From assembly GCA_964551495.1 (NCBI GenBank), contig CAZKCA010000004.1:15439-79438 (forward strand): 64,000 nt of DNA, read 5' to 3'. The notes below the pieces were generated by a model. It was given only the letters and a program-made list of their open reading frames with translations, searched no databases and had not been told where the DNA came from. The DNA is from an uncultured Candidatus Saccharibacteria bacterium (GTDB lineage: Bacteria; Patescibacteriota; Minisyncoccia; Phycocordibacterales; DATDWN01). The position numbers and the translations under genes were made by a program. Position 1 is the first letter of the stretch; every line of letters starts with the position of its first letter. Shown here piece by piece: positions 30,121-41,329 of this stretch.

Positions 30121-30174
30121 TCATACCTATTTAGTATAACTCATTAAAAAAGGGTTCGCAAAAATACTAAAACC

Positions 30175-31047
30175 TTATTTTTCCTCCTTTTTTGCCTCTA
30201 TAAACTCATCTATCTCTCCATCCAAGACTTTATCCACATTTCCAGTCTCTACTCCAGTCCGATGGTCTTTGACCATTTTATAAGGATGCAAAACATAAGA
30301 CCTGATCTGATTTCCCCATTCGGCTTGAGTGGTTTTTGAAACATACATTCCTTTTTCCTTAGCAATTCTTTCTTCCTCTAATGCTTTAAAAATTTTACCT
30401 TTTAAAATCTGGAGAGCTTTTTCTTTATTCTGGGCTTGAGATCTCTGATTGTCGCTCTGTGCAGAAATATTTGTTGGGATGTGTACAACCCTGACAGCAG
30501 TTTCTCTTTTATTTACATTTTGTCCTCCTGGACCAGAAGATCTAGAAAGCTCTACTTTTATTTCATCTTCAGGAATATCAAAATCAGTCACTTTTTCAAA
30601 TTTTGGAATAACTTCAACCATTGAAAAAGAAGTATGTCTTAAACTTTTTGCATTAAAAGGAGAAATCCTGACCAGACGATGAACCCCGGATTCACCTTTT
30701 AGGATCCCATATGCATTTTTGCCAGAAATTTCTATAGTAATATTCCTATAACCACCATGATCATTTTCATTTTGGTGTAAAACTGTAACAGTGAAATTTT
30801 TCTTCTGACAATATTTCAAATACATATTCAAAAGTATTGCTGAAAAATCTTCAGCATCATCTCCTCCTGCTCCAGAAAAAATAGTCATGACAGCATCGCC
30901 TTTATCATACTTTCCCTCACCAGCAATTTCAGCTTTCAATTCTCCGATTCTTTTTATTATAGACTGAGCCAAATTTTTATCATTCCAAAAATCTGACTGT
31001 GACATTTTTTCTTCTAAACTTTGTAACTCTTTTTTTAATTCTTCCAT
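30175..31047 (-). CDS. prfB: Peptide chain release factor 2 (short domain 1, no frameshift)
   Basis: SPF anticodon-mimic motif (RISPF), GPGGQ, WGNQIRSYVLHPY.MVKD.R. Confidence 0.92.
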   Translation of the reverse strand: MEELKKELQSLEEKMSQSDFWNDKNLAQSIIKRIGELKAEIAGEGKYDKGDAVMTIFSGAGGDDAEDFSAILLNMYLKYCQKKNFTVTVLHQNENDHGGYRNITIEISGKNAYGILKGESGVHRLVRISPFNAKSLRHTSFSMVEVIPKFEKVTDFDIPEDEIKVELSRSSGPGGQNVNKRETAVRVVHIPTNISAQSDNQRSQAQNKEKALQILKGKIFKALEEERIAKEKGMYVSKTTQAEWGNQIRSYVLHPYKMVKDHRTGVETGNVDKVLDGEIDEFIEAKKEEK

Positions 31048-31055
31048 ATTTTTTG

Positions 31056-31128
31056 AGCCGATAAAGAGACTTGCACTCTTGACCTCACCCTTACCATGGG
31101 TGTGCTCTACTACCTGAGCTATATCGGC
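31056..31128 (-). tRNA. tRNA-Thr(GGT)
   Basis: GCCGATA/TATCGGC acceptor; CACCC-ATGGTAA-GGGTG anticodon arm; T-loop TGCAAGT. Confidence 0.9.
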
Positions 31129-31145
31129 AAAACACCTAGACAGTA

Positions 31146-31838
31146 TTAATTTATTGAATTTTCCTTTTTTTGCAAATATTTCCCATATCTTTGAAAAACA
31201 AAAATTCCAATAAACATAGCTACCAGAGAAAGAACGATCAAAGTACCTTTACCAATACTTTCTATCTGCATAAATATTGAAGTTAGATAAGAAGTTCCAA
31301 AGGCAAAAGCAAAGGCAAAAGGTAAATGAACAAAAAAGAATGTTTTGAACTTAACACTGCTTAGCCCCGCCACATAGTTTATTATATCTGGAAGCATTAC
31401 AAGGAAAATATGTATAGCAACCAACCCCCTTACAGAAGACATTGACTCTAGTATTTTAGGAATCAAAGCCTCTTCTTTGTCTCCAAAAAGTTTGTTTACA
31501 ATACCTTGACCAAATTTCCTTGCTATAAAAAAACTAACAATAGCTCCAATCATATCACCAATAAAAGCATACAGCCCTCCCAAAATAGGACCATACAGAG
31601 CAGCGGCTAAAATATAAAAAGGAGCACCATTTATAGGAGCAACAACCAAAGCTAGTGCTTTTGCAAATATCAAAATAAGCGGACCGAAGATACCTAAAGT
31701 TTCTATAAGATCTGTAATAAATTCGGTCTCAACAAATCTCAAAGTTAGGACAACAATTAAAATCAAGACAACAAGTCCTAAAATAGATTTCAAAGTGAGT
31801 TCTCTGCTAAATTTTTTTATTTCTTCTGCAATGGCCAT
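31146..31838 (-). CDS. TVP38/TMEM64 (VTT/DedA) membrane protein
   Basis: AAALYGP..G, G.MIGA..SFFIARKFG, INYVAGLS.V.FK.F. Confidence 0.85.
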   Translation of the reverse strand: MAIAEEIKKFSRELTLKSILGLVVLILIVVLTLRFVETEFITDLIETLGIFGPLILIFAKALALVVAPINGAPFYILAAALYGPILGGLYAFIGDMIGAIVSFFIARKFGQGIVNKLFGDKEEALIPKILESMSSVRGLVAIHIFLVMLPDIINYVAGLSSVKFKTFFFVHLPFAFAFAFGTSYLTSIFMQIESIGKGTLIVLSLVAMFIGIFVFQRYGKYLQKKENSIN

Positions 31839-31912
31839 ACAAAGTAGTATAACAAGAAGAAAGATAAAGGCAAAAAATATTTAGAATGTAAAAATCCGCA
31901 GTGACAAAGGTA

Positions 31913-32047
31913 TCATCTGCGGACTTGGTTCAGAAATCTCTCAAGCCAAAATGACCTAAAAGTTTCTGGGGTTGCTTTTTGATTCCGCCGGCCTATTGAA
32001 AGACCGACAAAAATGGATGCAAGGAAAAGTATGATAATCTCCTGCAT
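31913..32047 (-). CDS. Orphan micro-gene, 44 aa with N-terminal TM (MQEIIILFLASIFVGLSIGRR...)
   Basis: TTGCAT-17-TATAAT promoter, AGGAGGTG SD, terminator overlapping the stop. Confidence 0.6.
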   Translation of the reverse strand: MQEIIILFLASIFVGLSIGRRNQKATPETFRSFWLERFLNQVRR

Positions 32048-32125
32048 CTCACCTCCTACACTGTATTATATCATATTTTGACTTTAAATGCAAATTAAAA
32101 GCTGGCCGTTTGGCCAGCTTTTTGT

Positions 32126-32710
32126 CTAACGAACTTTTCCAGTTTTTTGATATAGTTTCCAAATCGGAAACCATTCATTTCTGAAAAGTCCAAGTTCGAT
32201 AAGGTCACGGTATTTACCATCTTTAAAAACATGTTTTCTTCTTGTACCCTCAACTTTATATCCGCAGTGAAGACTGTAGTTTAAACTACGCTTGTTATAA
32301 GAAATAACAGTAGAGCAAACTTTATGAAGATTCAGATCATCAAAGATATATTTTAGAAGATGCATTTTTGCATCTGTTCCAAAACCTTTTCCCCAAAAAT
32401 CTTTCTCCCCTATTATTGCTCCCGTCGTACAGGTTCTGTGTACCCAATCTATTCTATGGACACCCATAACCCCAATAAACTGACCTTCTTTGGTTTCTAT
32501 ACCGAAAACAATGTTCTCCTCATCTTTTTCCAACCCCTCTATCCATACCTCCTCAAAATGAACGGTTCTGGGAAAAACATTGGAAACAAGAAATCTAACT
32601 TCTGGATCATTGATCCAGGTGGCCAACTTGTTTGAGTCAGCTTTTTCCAGAGGACGAAGATTGGTTATCTTGCCCGACAAAAAAACAGATTGTTTGTTTT
32701 CGTTCGACAT
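32126..32710 (-). CDS. GNAT acetyltransferase, RimJ/RimL family
   Basis: LRPLE..D, FWGKGFGT.A, LNLHKV, N.RS, EGT.R. Confidence 0.88.
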   Translation of the reverse strand: MSNENKQSVFLSGKITNLRPLEKADSNKLATWINDPEVRFLVSNVFPRTVHFEEVWIEGLEKDEENIVFGIETKEGQFIGVMGVHRIDWVHRTCTTGAIIGEKDFWGKGFGTDAKMHLLKYIFDDLNLHKVCSTVISYNKRSLNYSLHCGYKVEGTRRKHVFKDGKYRDLIELGLFRNEWFPIWKLYQKTGKVR

Positions 32711-32929
32711 TTTTTCTCCTCAAAGAACAAAATTGCTCTGGTTTGTGCCAGAGCAATTTATAAAACCCTATTTTTATTTTCTTAATTACAAAATTAGAGA
32801 TTCATAGATTGTTCCAGCATAATAAACACCCACAAAACCTGTGGAGTTATTAAGATTCATATTAATGCAGAAATTTCTATGATATTTCATAGTTTTTATA
32901 TAATACAATAATTTTATAAATAATGCAAA

Positions 32930-33400
32930 TTATACATATTCTCCATCAATAAAAAATCTTGATAAATTTGGTTCATGTTTTAACTTTTTATAAAACTCAA
33001 CAAAAAGTTTTGACATCCTAAACCACTTACCTTCTGGGATTTCATCCAAATAAAACCATTGCCAATCTTCAGCTTTATGAGGCTCCGGATTTGGAGGTAT
33101 TTCTTCTGACTCTGCTACAGCCACAAAACCTATATGAATCGGTCTTTCTTTTCCATAATAAAAAGTGTTTGACATACATAGAAATTGTGAATCTTTTATT
33201 TTAATTCCAGTTTCTTCCTCCCCTTCTCTAGCTACAGCCATAAAAGCATTTTCCTTGTTTCCATAGTCAACAGTCCCACCAGGAAGTTGCCAACCTCCTA
33301 AATCTGGACCTTTCTTCCTTTTAGAAAGTAGAACTTTGTTTTTTTCCGGATTTAAAATAACTAAACCACAACCAACATAGACTTTATGATCTTCTTTCAT
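32930..33400 (-). CDS. NUDIX hydrolase (NUDT15-like)
   Basis: WQLPGG, AREGEEETG, EPHKAEDWQWF. Confidence 0.85.
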   Translation of the reverse strand: MKEDHKVYVGCGLVILNPEKNKVLLSKRKKGPDLGGWQLPGGTVDYGNKENAFMAVAREGEEETGIKIKDSQFLCMSNTFYYGKERPIHIGFVAVAESEEIPPNPEPHKAEDWQWFYLDEIPEGKWFRMSKLFVEFYKKLKHEPNLSRFFIDGEYV

Positions 33401-33813
33401 TTTTCATTTTGGTTAAAATATTTCTCCAATATCTCAAAATATTGAGTACCATCATCTACTTCTTTGTAATTATCTTTATTTACCCACCTAAATTTATTGT
33501 GCTCATCACTCAGTATGACTTCTCCAGAAACATATTCGCATTTGAACGCAACAAGGTAAACTTTTTTACCAGTATATTTATGATGAGAAGGAAAAGAATT
33601 TTGCCAAACAGCAAATGGTTCTCCAACTTTTATTTCTAAACCACTTTCTTCCATCACTTCTCTCTGAAGAGATTTGTCCAAATCCATTTCTCCTTCCTGA
33701 ATCTTTCCTCCAGGTAAATCTAAACCCTCAGTTGGGTCACTTAATACCAAAACTTCATTTCCTCTTTTAATAAAAGCTTTTTGTCCAACCCAGTAATTTT
33801 GGTCTTCTTTCAT
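33397..33813 (-). CDS. NUDIX hydrolase (MutT-like)
   Basis: LPGGKIQEGE.....LQREVMEESGL; LSDEH..FRWV. Confidence 0.88.
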   Translation of the reverse strand: MKEDQNYWVGQKAFIKRGNEVLVLSDPTEGLDLPGGKIQEGEMDLDKSLQREVMEESGLEIKVGEPFAVWQNSFPSHHKYTGKKVYLVAFKCEYVSGEVILSDEHNKFRWVNKDNYKEVDDGTQYFEILEKYFNQNEK

Positions 33814-33888
33814 ACTAAAATTCTACCACAGTTCTGCATCCTGTAGGGGTGTGATTTTTTATCTTTTTTTACTTAGCTAAAAACGATG

Positions 33889-34173
33889 CGCGACCGACCG
33901 GACTTGAACCGGCAGCCTCTCCCGTGCACTTATCCAATATTTTCATAAAGGCGTGGACTATATCTTCACCTTAGATTCAAAATCCTTAGGCGCTCTGGTA
34001 TCTAGTCTCTACGGCGCTCTCGTGATAAAAATCACAAGTTCCCACGGTATTAGCATATTCAAGTAATGAACTTAGCCTTCACCGTTATCCCAAAGAGTTT
34101 CAATCTACCATTTCGATAGAAAGCTGCAGTTAACCTACAGGGGAGTGCTCTAACCAAATTGAGCTACGATCGC
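33889..34173 (-). tRNA. tRNA-Asp(GTC), intron-containing (exons 34137-34173 and 33889-33926)
   Basis: Joining the exons gives a GCGATCG/CGGTCGC acceptor, CTCCC-CTGTCAC-GGGAG anticodon arm and G discriminator. Confidence 0.88.
33927..34136 (-). ncRNA. Group I intron (210 nt) between anticodon positions 35 and 36
   Basis: 5' exon ends in U; intron ends in G; core motifs GAGACTA and AAGATATAGTCC (P7 pair); no ORF. Confidence 0.85.
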
Positions 34174-34314
34174 ATTTTTATATATTTATCAAAAATCTCT
34201 TTCTTACGAGCCAAATATAAACCCGTATTTATACCATTATACATAAAATAATATAATTTCAAAGTGATCTTTGCTATTCCGTTTTTTTAAATTTTTTGAT
34301 ATATTGCTTCTATT

Positions 34315-34391
34315 GTCGGCGTAGCTCAGTTGGTTAGAGCGTGGGACTCATAAGCCCAAGGTCGGAGGTTCGATCCCCCCCGCCGACACCA
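34315..34391 (+). tRNA. tRNA with CAT anticodon (elongator Met likely)
   Basis: GTCGGCG/CGCCGAC-A-CCA; CTCATAA loop; paired 1:72 argues against initiator. Confidence 0.85.
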
Positions 34392-34399
34392 GAGTGTCT

Positions 34400-34571
34400 A
34401 GGAGAAAGCTCTGGGAGAGCTTTCGTGGGGGATCGAAGCCCGATTGAGCTATTTTATGAGCTAGCTAAATAAAATAGCCAATTGGGATACTGATCCTGTA
34501 AGGATCGATCCTTCAATACAGAACCGACAAGCAGGAAAATATTTGTCGAAGATTCCCTCCCCCGCCGACAC
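34400..34571 (+). repeat. tRNA-Met-linked hairpin cassette (module A)
   Basis: Inverted T-arm copy 34427-34437; module 34438-34511 shared with the tRNA-Ser locus; direct 3'-end copy 34559-34571. Confidence 0.8.
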
Positions 34572-34579
34572 AAAAATAT

Positions 34580-34792
34580 ATGAAAAAAATACAATATTAC
34601 ACACTACGAATATTTTTAACAATGATGGTTTTATGTGCCAGTCTAATGCTACATATGATATGGAGAGGTGGACCAGATGAGTTTGATGTAATAAATCAAT
34701 TGACCATTAGTTCTTTCGTAATAGGATTGGGATCATTTCTTATTTGGATTACTACTATTATAATTGAAGTGAAAAATAATATATTGAAGTAG
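34580..34792 (+). CDS. Small 2-TM membrane protein
   Basis: Two hydrophobic helices; lies between two tRNA-linked cassettes. Confidence 0.6.
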   Translation: MKKIQYYTLRIFLTMMVLCASLMLHMIWRGGPDEFDVINQLTISSFVIGLGSFLIWITTIIIEVKNNILK

Positions 34793-34823
34793 GATTAGGA
34801 TTTGGTCATAAATTAATAATGTA

Positions 34824-35012
34824 GGGACCAGGATTTTTTCCATAATTTAACTCGCCGTCGCTCATTAAATTATGGAACGCAGATTTTCGACAAGCTCTAC
34901 TGAGTTTGTAAACCGAAAATCTGTGCAAATCCTGACATAAACTGCTCCCAGCAGTTTACTGTCCGCGCAAAATATAAAATAAAAACCGCCCTTTGGGGCA
35001 GTTTTTATTTTG
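34824..35012 (-). repeat. tRNA-fMet-linked hairpin cassette (module B)
   Basis: Inverted T-arm copy 34923-34934; 44-nt module 34880-34923 shared with the tRNA-Ile locus; direct 3'-end copy 34824-34836. Confidence 0.78.
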
Positions 35013-35016
35013 ATTG

Positions 35017-35087
35017 TTGCGGGACCAGGATTTGCACCTGGGCCTACAGGTTATGAGCCTGTCGAGCTACTACTGCTCTATCCCGCT
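35017..35087 (-). tRNA. tRNA-fMet(CAT), initiator-type
   Basis: Unpaired A1:A72; GAGC/GCTC D-stem with A11:U24; CTCATAA loop; T-loop TGCAAAT. Confidence 0.85.
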
Positions 35088-35137
35088 ATGAAACAAACGT
35101 CCGCAAAATTTTATCATATTTAAAATATATTGCAAGA

Positions 35138-36073
35138 CTATATAATCTGAAACTCTTCAAAAACTTGTCTGTATAATTCAATAACTCTCCTTGCTTCCCT
35201 TTGAGTAAGGACGAAATTCGATCCTTCATGAGCAATTTGATTTCTTATTTTGTGAGCTTCCCATGCCAAATCTATAGTGGTAAAGTCACTCCTTTCTATT
35301 TGTTTTAATTTCTCTCCCAAAGTATCCCCTGTGACAGACATTTTTTGAACTAAACTATCCAGCATCACATCAGCTTCTATTATTGCCAGTCTCCAATCAT
35401 TTTCATTTATAGATTCGATATGATTTATAATTTTTTCCCACTGAGGATTTTTTAAACCATTTTGTTCTGGAAGAATAGGAGGATACATCAAAGCTCTCTG
35501 GCTCATCCTAACCTTGGTTAAACCGCGTATGATATAAATACTAAATATTAGAAAAGCCAGAGAAATAATTACTGAAATGACTCGTATTATAAAAACAATA
35601 GAATAAAATGTCATTATAATTCTTTCTATCAAACTAGGTTCACGCTCCAAATACCCAATATCATCTTCTGAAACCCAACCATCTGGATCTTCTTCAAAAT
35701 CAACATACCAATATCTTTTTCCATCTATTTCTACCGGTCCCTGCAAAATAACTCCTCTGGAATTAAATTTTTGACTTCCTATTTTATTACCGCCAGGAGA
35801 AGAAAAGACGGATGTTTCTTTTTTAAGAGTGGCCACTTTAGCATTTATTGGATTTGCCAAAGAAGATATTGGCCTAGTGTTATAAGATAAAATACCCTCC
35901 GGAGTTAAACCTCTCCATCCTCTAGAAAATAAATTGCTACTAGAAATAGAAGCTAGTAAAGCATTTAATAAATAAATAAAAACAAAAATAGCAACTATGA
36001 AAAAAATAATTTCCGTAAAGGGATCCTTATAGGGTTCCGCAGCAGGTTTTACATCTTTTTTTTCTTCAGCCAT
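35138..36073 (-). CDS. 2-TM protein: SH3b-like domain between the TMs plus HEPN-like C-terminal domain
   Basis: WYVDF....GWV SH3b-like strand; C-terminal LAIIEAD..LD...LGEKLK...RNQIAH (RxxxxH). Confidence 0.55.
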   Translation of the reverse strand: MAEEKKDVKPAAEPYKDPFTEIIFFIVAIFVFIYLLNALLASISSSNLFSRGWRGLTPEGILSYNTRPISSLANPINAKVATLKKETSVFSSPGGNKIGSQKFNSRGVILQGPVEIDGKRYWYVDFEEDPDGWVSEDDIGYLEREPSLIERIIMTFYSIVFIIRVISVIISLAFLIFSIYIIRGLTKVRMSQRALMYPPILPEQNGLKNPQWEKIINHIESINENDWRLAIIEADVMLDSLVQKMSVTGDTLGEKLKQIERSDFTTIDLAWEAHKIRNQIAHEGSNFVLTQREARRVIELYRQVFEEFQII

Positions 36074-36092
36074 AGCTAAAGTTAATTATACA

Positions 36093-37520
36093 TTAAAAAT
36101 CTTCTCCTAGAAATTTTTTGCCGATATTAAATAGCAAGTCTTCTCTATCATGTTCTGCCATAAATTGAATAGCAACTGGCATCTCCTTTGTATCTGTGGA
36201 AACAAAACCAGATGGTACAGAAATAGCTGGTATACCGACTATATTAGCTGGTACTGTAAATATATCGGCCATATACATAGACAAAGGATCAGATGCCTTC
36301 TCGCCTATTTTAAAAGCTGGCATTGGAGTTGTTGGAGTAGCAATAACATCAACTTCTTCAAAAGCTTTTTTGAAATCTTGTCTTATTTTTTCTCTAACAG
36401 CTAAAGCTTTTTTGTAATAATCGTCTGCATAACCAGCAGATAAAACATAAGTTCCAATTAAAATTCTTCTTCTTACTTCTTTACCAAAACCTTCACCTCT
36501 AGTTTTTAAATAATCCTCTAAAAGATTATCTCCTTCTAAATGAAGACCGTACTTAACACCGTCAAAACGAGCCAAATTAGAAGAAACTTCAGCTGGCATA
36601 AGTATATAATAAACAGAAAGAGAATAAGATATTGTTGGTAGTTTTATGTCCCTTATTTCAAAACCTTTTTCTTTAAGTTTTTCTAAGGATTCTTCAAAAT
36701 TTTTCTTAACTTCTTTATCTATTCCATCTTTTTCTAGTATTTCAAAAGGAACGCCAACAACATTACCCTTCCTTTCTTTTTTTGGATACAGATCTTCCCC
36801 ATAAGTAGTACTATCCATTTTATCTAAACCTCTTATAGTATTAAATAAAACTTCAGAGTCAGAAACTGTTTTAGTAGCTGGCCCAATAATATCTAAAGAA
36901 GAACCCATAGCCATAAGCCCATATCTTGAAACACTTCCATAAGTTGGTTTAAGTCCTACAACACCACAAAAAGCAGCTGGTTCCCTTACCGAACCTCCAG
37001 TATCAGAACCCAAAGAGGCAAGCGCTCCTTGCATAGCAACAGAAGCAATAGATCCTCCAGAAGAACCTCCTGCTACTCTTTCTAGATCTAAAGGGTTTTT
37101 TGTAACACCAAAAGCAGAATTTTCTGTGGAACCACCCATAGCAAACTCATCCATATTTGTTCTACCTAAAAACACAACATTTTGATCTTTCAGTTTTTTT
37201 ATAGAAGTAGCATCATAAGGAGCAACAAATCCTTCTAAAATTTTTGAAGCTGAAGAGACTTTCTTACCTTTCAAAAGTAGATTGTCTTTTATAGAAATTG
37301 GAATTCCTGTAAGAGGCTTTATGTTGCCTAAAGAAATTTGCTTGTCAGCTTCCCGAGCCTGTTCTAAAACATCATCATAAACCTCAAGATACGCATTTAT
37401 ACTTGGGTTGATTTTCTCTATCTGAGAAAGATAGGCTTTGGCCAAATCTTCGGCAGAAAATTCTCCTTTATCCAAAGACTTTCTTGCACTCTTTATTGTT
37501 ATATTTTTTAAATCAATCAT
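36093..37520 (-). CDS. gatA: Asp/Glu-tRNA amidotransferase subunit A
   Basis: TNMDEFAMG, GGSSGGS, LGSDTGGSVR, SSNLARFDG, EVRRRILIGT. Confidence 0.96.
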   Translation of the reverse strand: MIDLKNITIKSARKSLDKGEFSAEDLAKAYLSQIEKINPSINAYLEVYDDVLEQAREADKQISLGNIKPLTGIPISIKDNLLLKGKKVSSASKILEGFVAPYDATSIKKLKDQNVVFLGRTNMDEFAMGGSTENSAFGVTKNPLDLERVAGGSSGGSIASVAMQGALASLGSDTGGSVREPAAFCGVVGLKPTYGSVSRYGLMAMGSSLDIIGPATKTVSDSEVLFNTIRGLDKMDSTTYGEDLYPKKERKGNVVGVPFEILEKDGIDKEVKKNFEESLEKLKEKGFEIRDIKLPTISYSLSVYYILMPAEVSSNLARFDGVKYGLHLEGDNLLEDYLKTRGEGFGKEVRRRILIGTYVLSAGYADDYYKKALAVREKIRQDFKKAFEEVDVIATPTTPMPAFKIGEKASDPLSMYMADIFTVPANIVGIPAISVPSGFVSTDTKEMPVAIQFMAEHDREDLLFNIGKKFLGEDF

Positions 37521-37524
37521 ATTA

Positions 37525-37803
37525 TTAGAAAATATTTTTTACATCAACATAACCCCCTTCCTTTTTTGGGGCATTATTTAAGATATCTTCAGTATATTCA
37601 TTAGGATCGTTAGTTAAAATATCATCCCTTAAAATATTTCTTAGTATAGGTTTTTGAACATCTAATTCTTCTGAGAATGATTTTATTTGACTGACATATT
37701 CCAATATAGAATCAATTTCTTTTGTTAAAGATACAGCCTCATCGTCTTTTATACCAACTCTGGCCAAAGAAGCTAGATTTTTTATATCCTCTTTATTTAT
37801 CAT
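37525..37803 (-). CDS. gatC: Amidotransferase subunit C (start re-assigned to 37803)
   Basis: I..EDIKNLA.LAR, ILEYV.QI, LRDD, NAP....Y..V..I; upstream of gatA. Confidence 0.9.
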   Translation of the reverse strand: MINKEDIKNLASLARVGIKDDEAVSLTKEIDSILEYVSQIKSFSEELDVQKPILRNILRDDILTNDPNEYTEDILNNAPKKEGGYVDVKNIF

Positions 37804-37868
37804 AAAAGTAATACTAGCATAATTTGCAAAATAATAAAGATTATAGTTTAATCGAGTCGGAGGACAAG

Positions 37869-38201
37869 ATGTTTTACTTTTTCTTGGGACAAACATTAAA
37901 GAACCACAGAAAAAATATCCTTAAATGTAGTATGAAAAGTATTTCTAAAGATACAGGTATTAGAACTACACAATTGTCGTGTTGGGAGAATGGCCAAACT
38001 TTACCAACAAAAGAAAGCTTAACCAAGATATCTGAGGGTTATAAAATTTCTATAGAAGAATTGGAAAAAATAAGACAAATGGACTTAGATGAAAGGAATA
38101 AGTACAAATACGCAACTAGAACTACAAAGCCAAAAATAAAAAACAGAGCAATATTTGATACAAACATTAGATGCTCTGTTTCTGGAATTAGAAAGAGATA
38201 A
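37869..38201 (+). CDS. XRE-family HTH protein (start probably 37869)
   Basis: LGQTLK..R, ISKDTGI...QLS.WENG...P; GGAGGA SD. Confidence 0.7.
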   Translation: MFYFFLGQTLKNHRKNILKCSMKSISKDTGIRTTQLSCWENGQTLPTKESLTKISEGYKISIEELEKIRQMDLDERNKYKYATRTTKPKIKNRAIFDTNIRCSVSGIRKR

Positions 38202-38202
38202 A

Positions 38203-40224
<2,022 letters not shown>

Positions 40225-40734
40225 CTAATATATAATTTCTGTTCCTCTTTCAAATCTCCTTCCAGAAGATGTATCACAAGTATTATAACCCCTTGATTGA
40301 ATATTTGTATCTCCATCTGCCTCTTTAATAACAGTTACTATAGCACAAGACCCATTGGAAAATGTTAGGTAAAATATACTGTTTGGATCTGCCGATCCTC
40401 CTCCACCAATTTTACTTAACTGACTTGGGTTTGTTGGTATAGTTTGACTATTTGAAGTTACTAATTGATCGTTACATCTTATTGCACCAGCTGTAGTGGT
40501 AGAAAAAGCACTTAAATTAGGATTATCTGGATTTTTTATATCCCAGTATAAAGCACATTCAATACCACTCTCTGCCGCATAAAAAGCATGCTGAGACTCT
40601 TGGCCTGTATAAACTAAAATAAGTTGCTTTAATGAAATATTGATAACAACAAAACTAACCAATAAAAGTATGCTTGTGGTTATTATAGAAATAAGTAAAG
40701 TAAATCCTTTTCTTTTTTTATTTAAATCTTTCAT
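40225..40734 (-). CDS. PilX-like minor pilin
   Basis: KGFTLL class III leader lacking E5; AFYAAESGIE. Confidence 0.75.
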   Translation of the reverse strand: MKDLNKKRKGFTLLISIITTSILLLVSFVVINISLKQLILVYTGQESQHAFYAAESGIECALYWDIKNPDNPNLSAFSTTTAGAIRCNDQLVTSNSQTIPTNPSQLSKIGGGGSADPNSIFYLTFSNGSCAIVTVIKEADGDTNIQSRGYNTCDTSSGRRFERGTEIIY

Positions 40735-40736
40735 AA

Positions 40737-41327
40737 TTAATTTTTATCAAAAACAGACTGCCTAACAGTTATTGTTTTACCAAATGGACCACTGTTCCAA
40801 GAAACTCTAACAACTACAACAACCTCTTCTGCGGTTACTTGTTCAAATTGTATTTCTCTTCTAAATTTTGTTTCAATCCAACCGGCGGAAGTAGAATACC
40901 CATAAAGTTTTGTTGTCGAATTTTGCCTCAAAACAGAACAGGTTCCAAAACCTCCAGGACAAGCTGTCATTGTTTTAAGTGGAGAATCAATAATGCAAGT
41001 TTTTCCAAAATAACAAGGATCCGCTGGAACAGCAGACATCCCATTTAGCCAGTTAACTTCTGTTCCGCCAAATTCTAGGGCATAGAGATTTGCTATACCA
41101 TTATCATCTCTAATATTTCTGACATATTCCATAGCTTCCTGAATCAAATAAAAAGCAGTTACCTGATCTTTTGCAAAAGAAGATGTTGCTAAACCGTTTT
41201 GAACAGCAGTAAAAGTCCCAAGTATAGACATGGTCAGTATAGAAATAGCAATCAAGGTTTCTACTAAAGTAAAACCTAGTTTATTTTTATAACTGACAGT
41301 ATAATTTTTTTTATTTTTATTTACCAT
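40737..41327 (-). CDS. PilV-like minor pilin
   Basis: GFTLVETLIAI; A.YL.QEAMEYVR. Confidence 0.78.
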   Translation of the reverse strand: MVNKNKKNYTVSYKNKLGFTLVETLIAISILTMSILGTFTAVQNGLATSSFAKDQVTAFYLIQEAMEYVRNIRDDNGIANLYALEFGGTEVNWLNGMSAVPADPCYFGKTCIIDSPLKTMTACPGGFGTCSVLRQNSTTKLYGYSTSAGWIETKFRREIQFEQVTAEEVVVVVRVSWNSGPFGKTITVRQSVFDKN

Positions 41328-41329
41328 TT

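Noticed and set aside
33814-33831. ACTAAAATTCTACCACAG resembling the GIY-YIG element TIR
   Set aside because: Explained equally well as the extended -10 (TGGTAGAAT) of the leaderless NUDIX gene; no convincing partner repeat.
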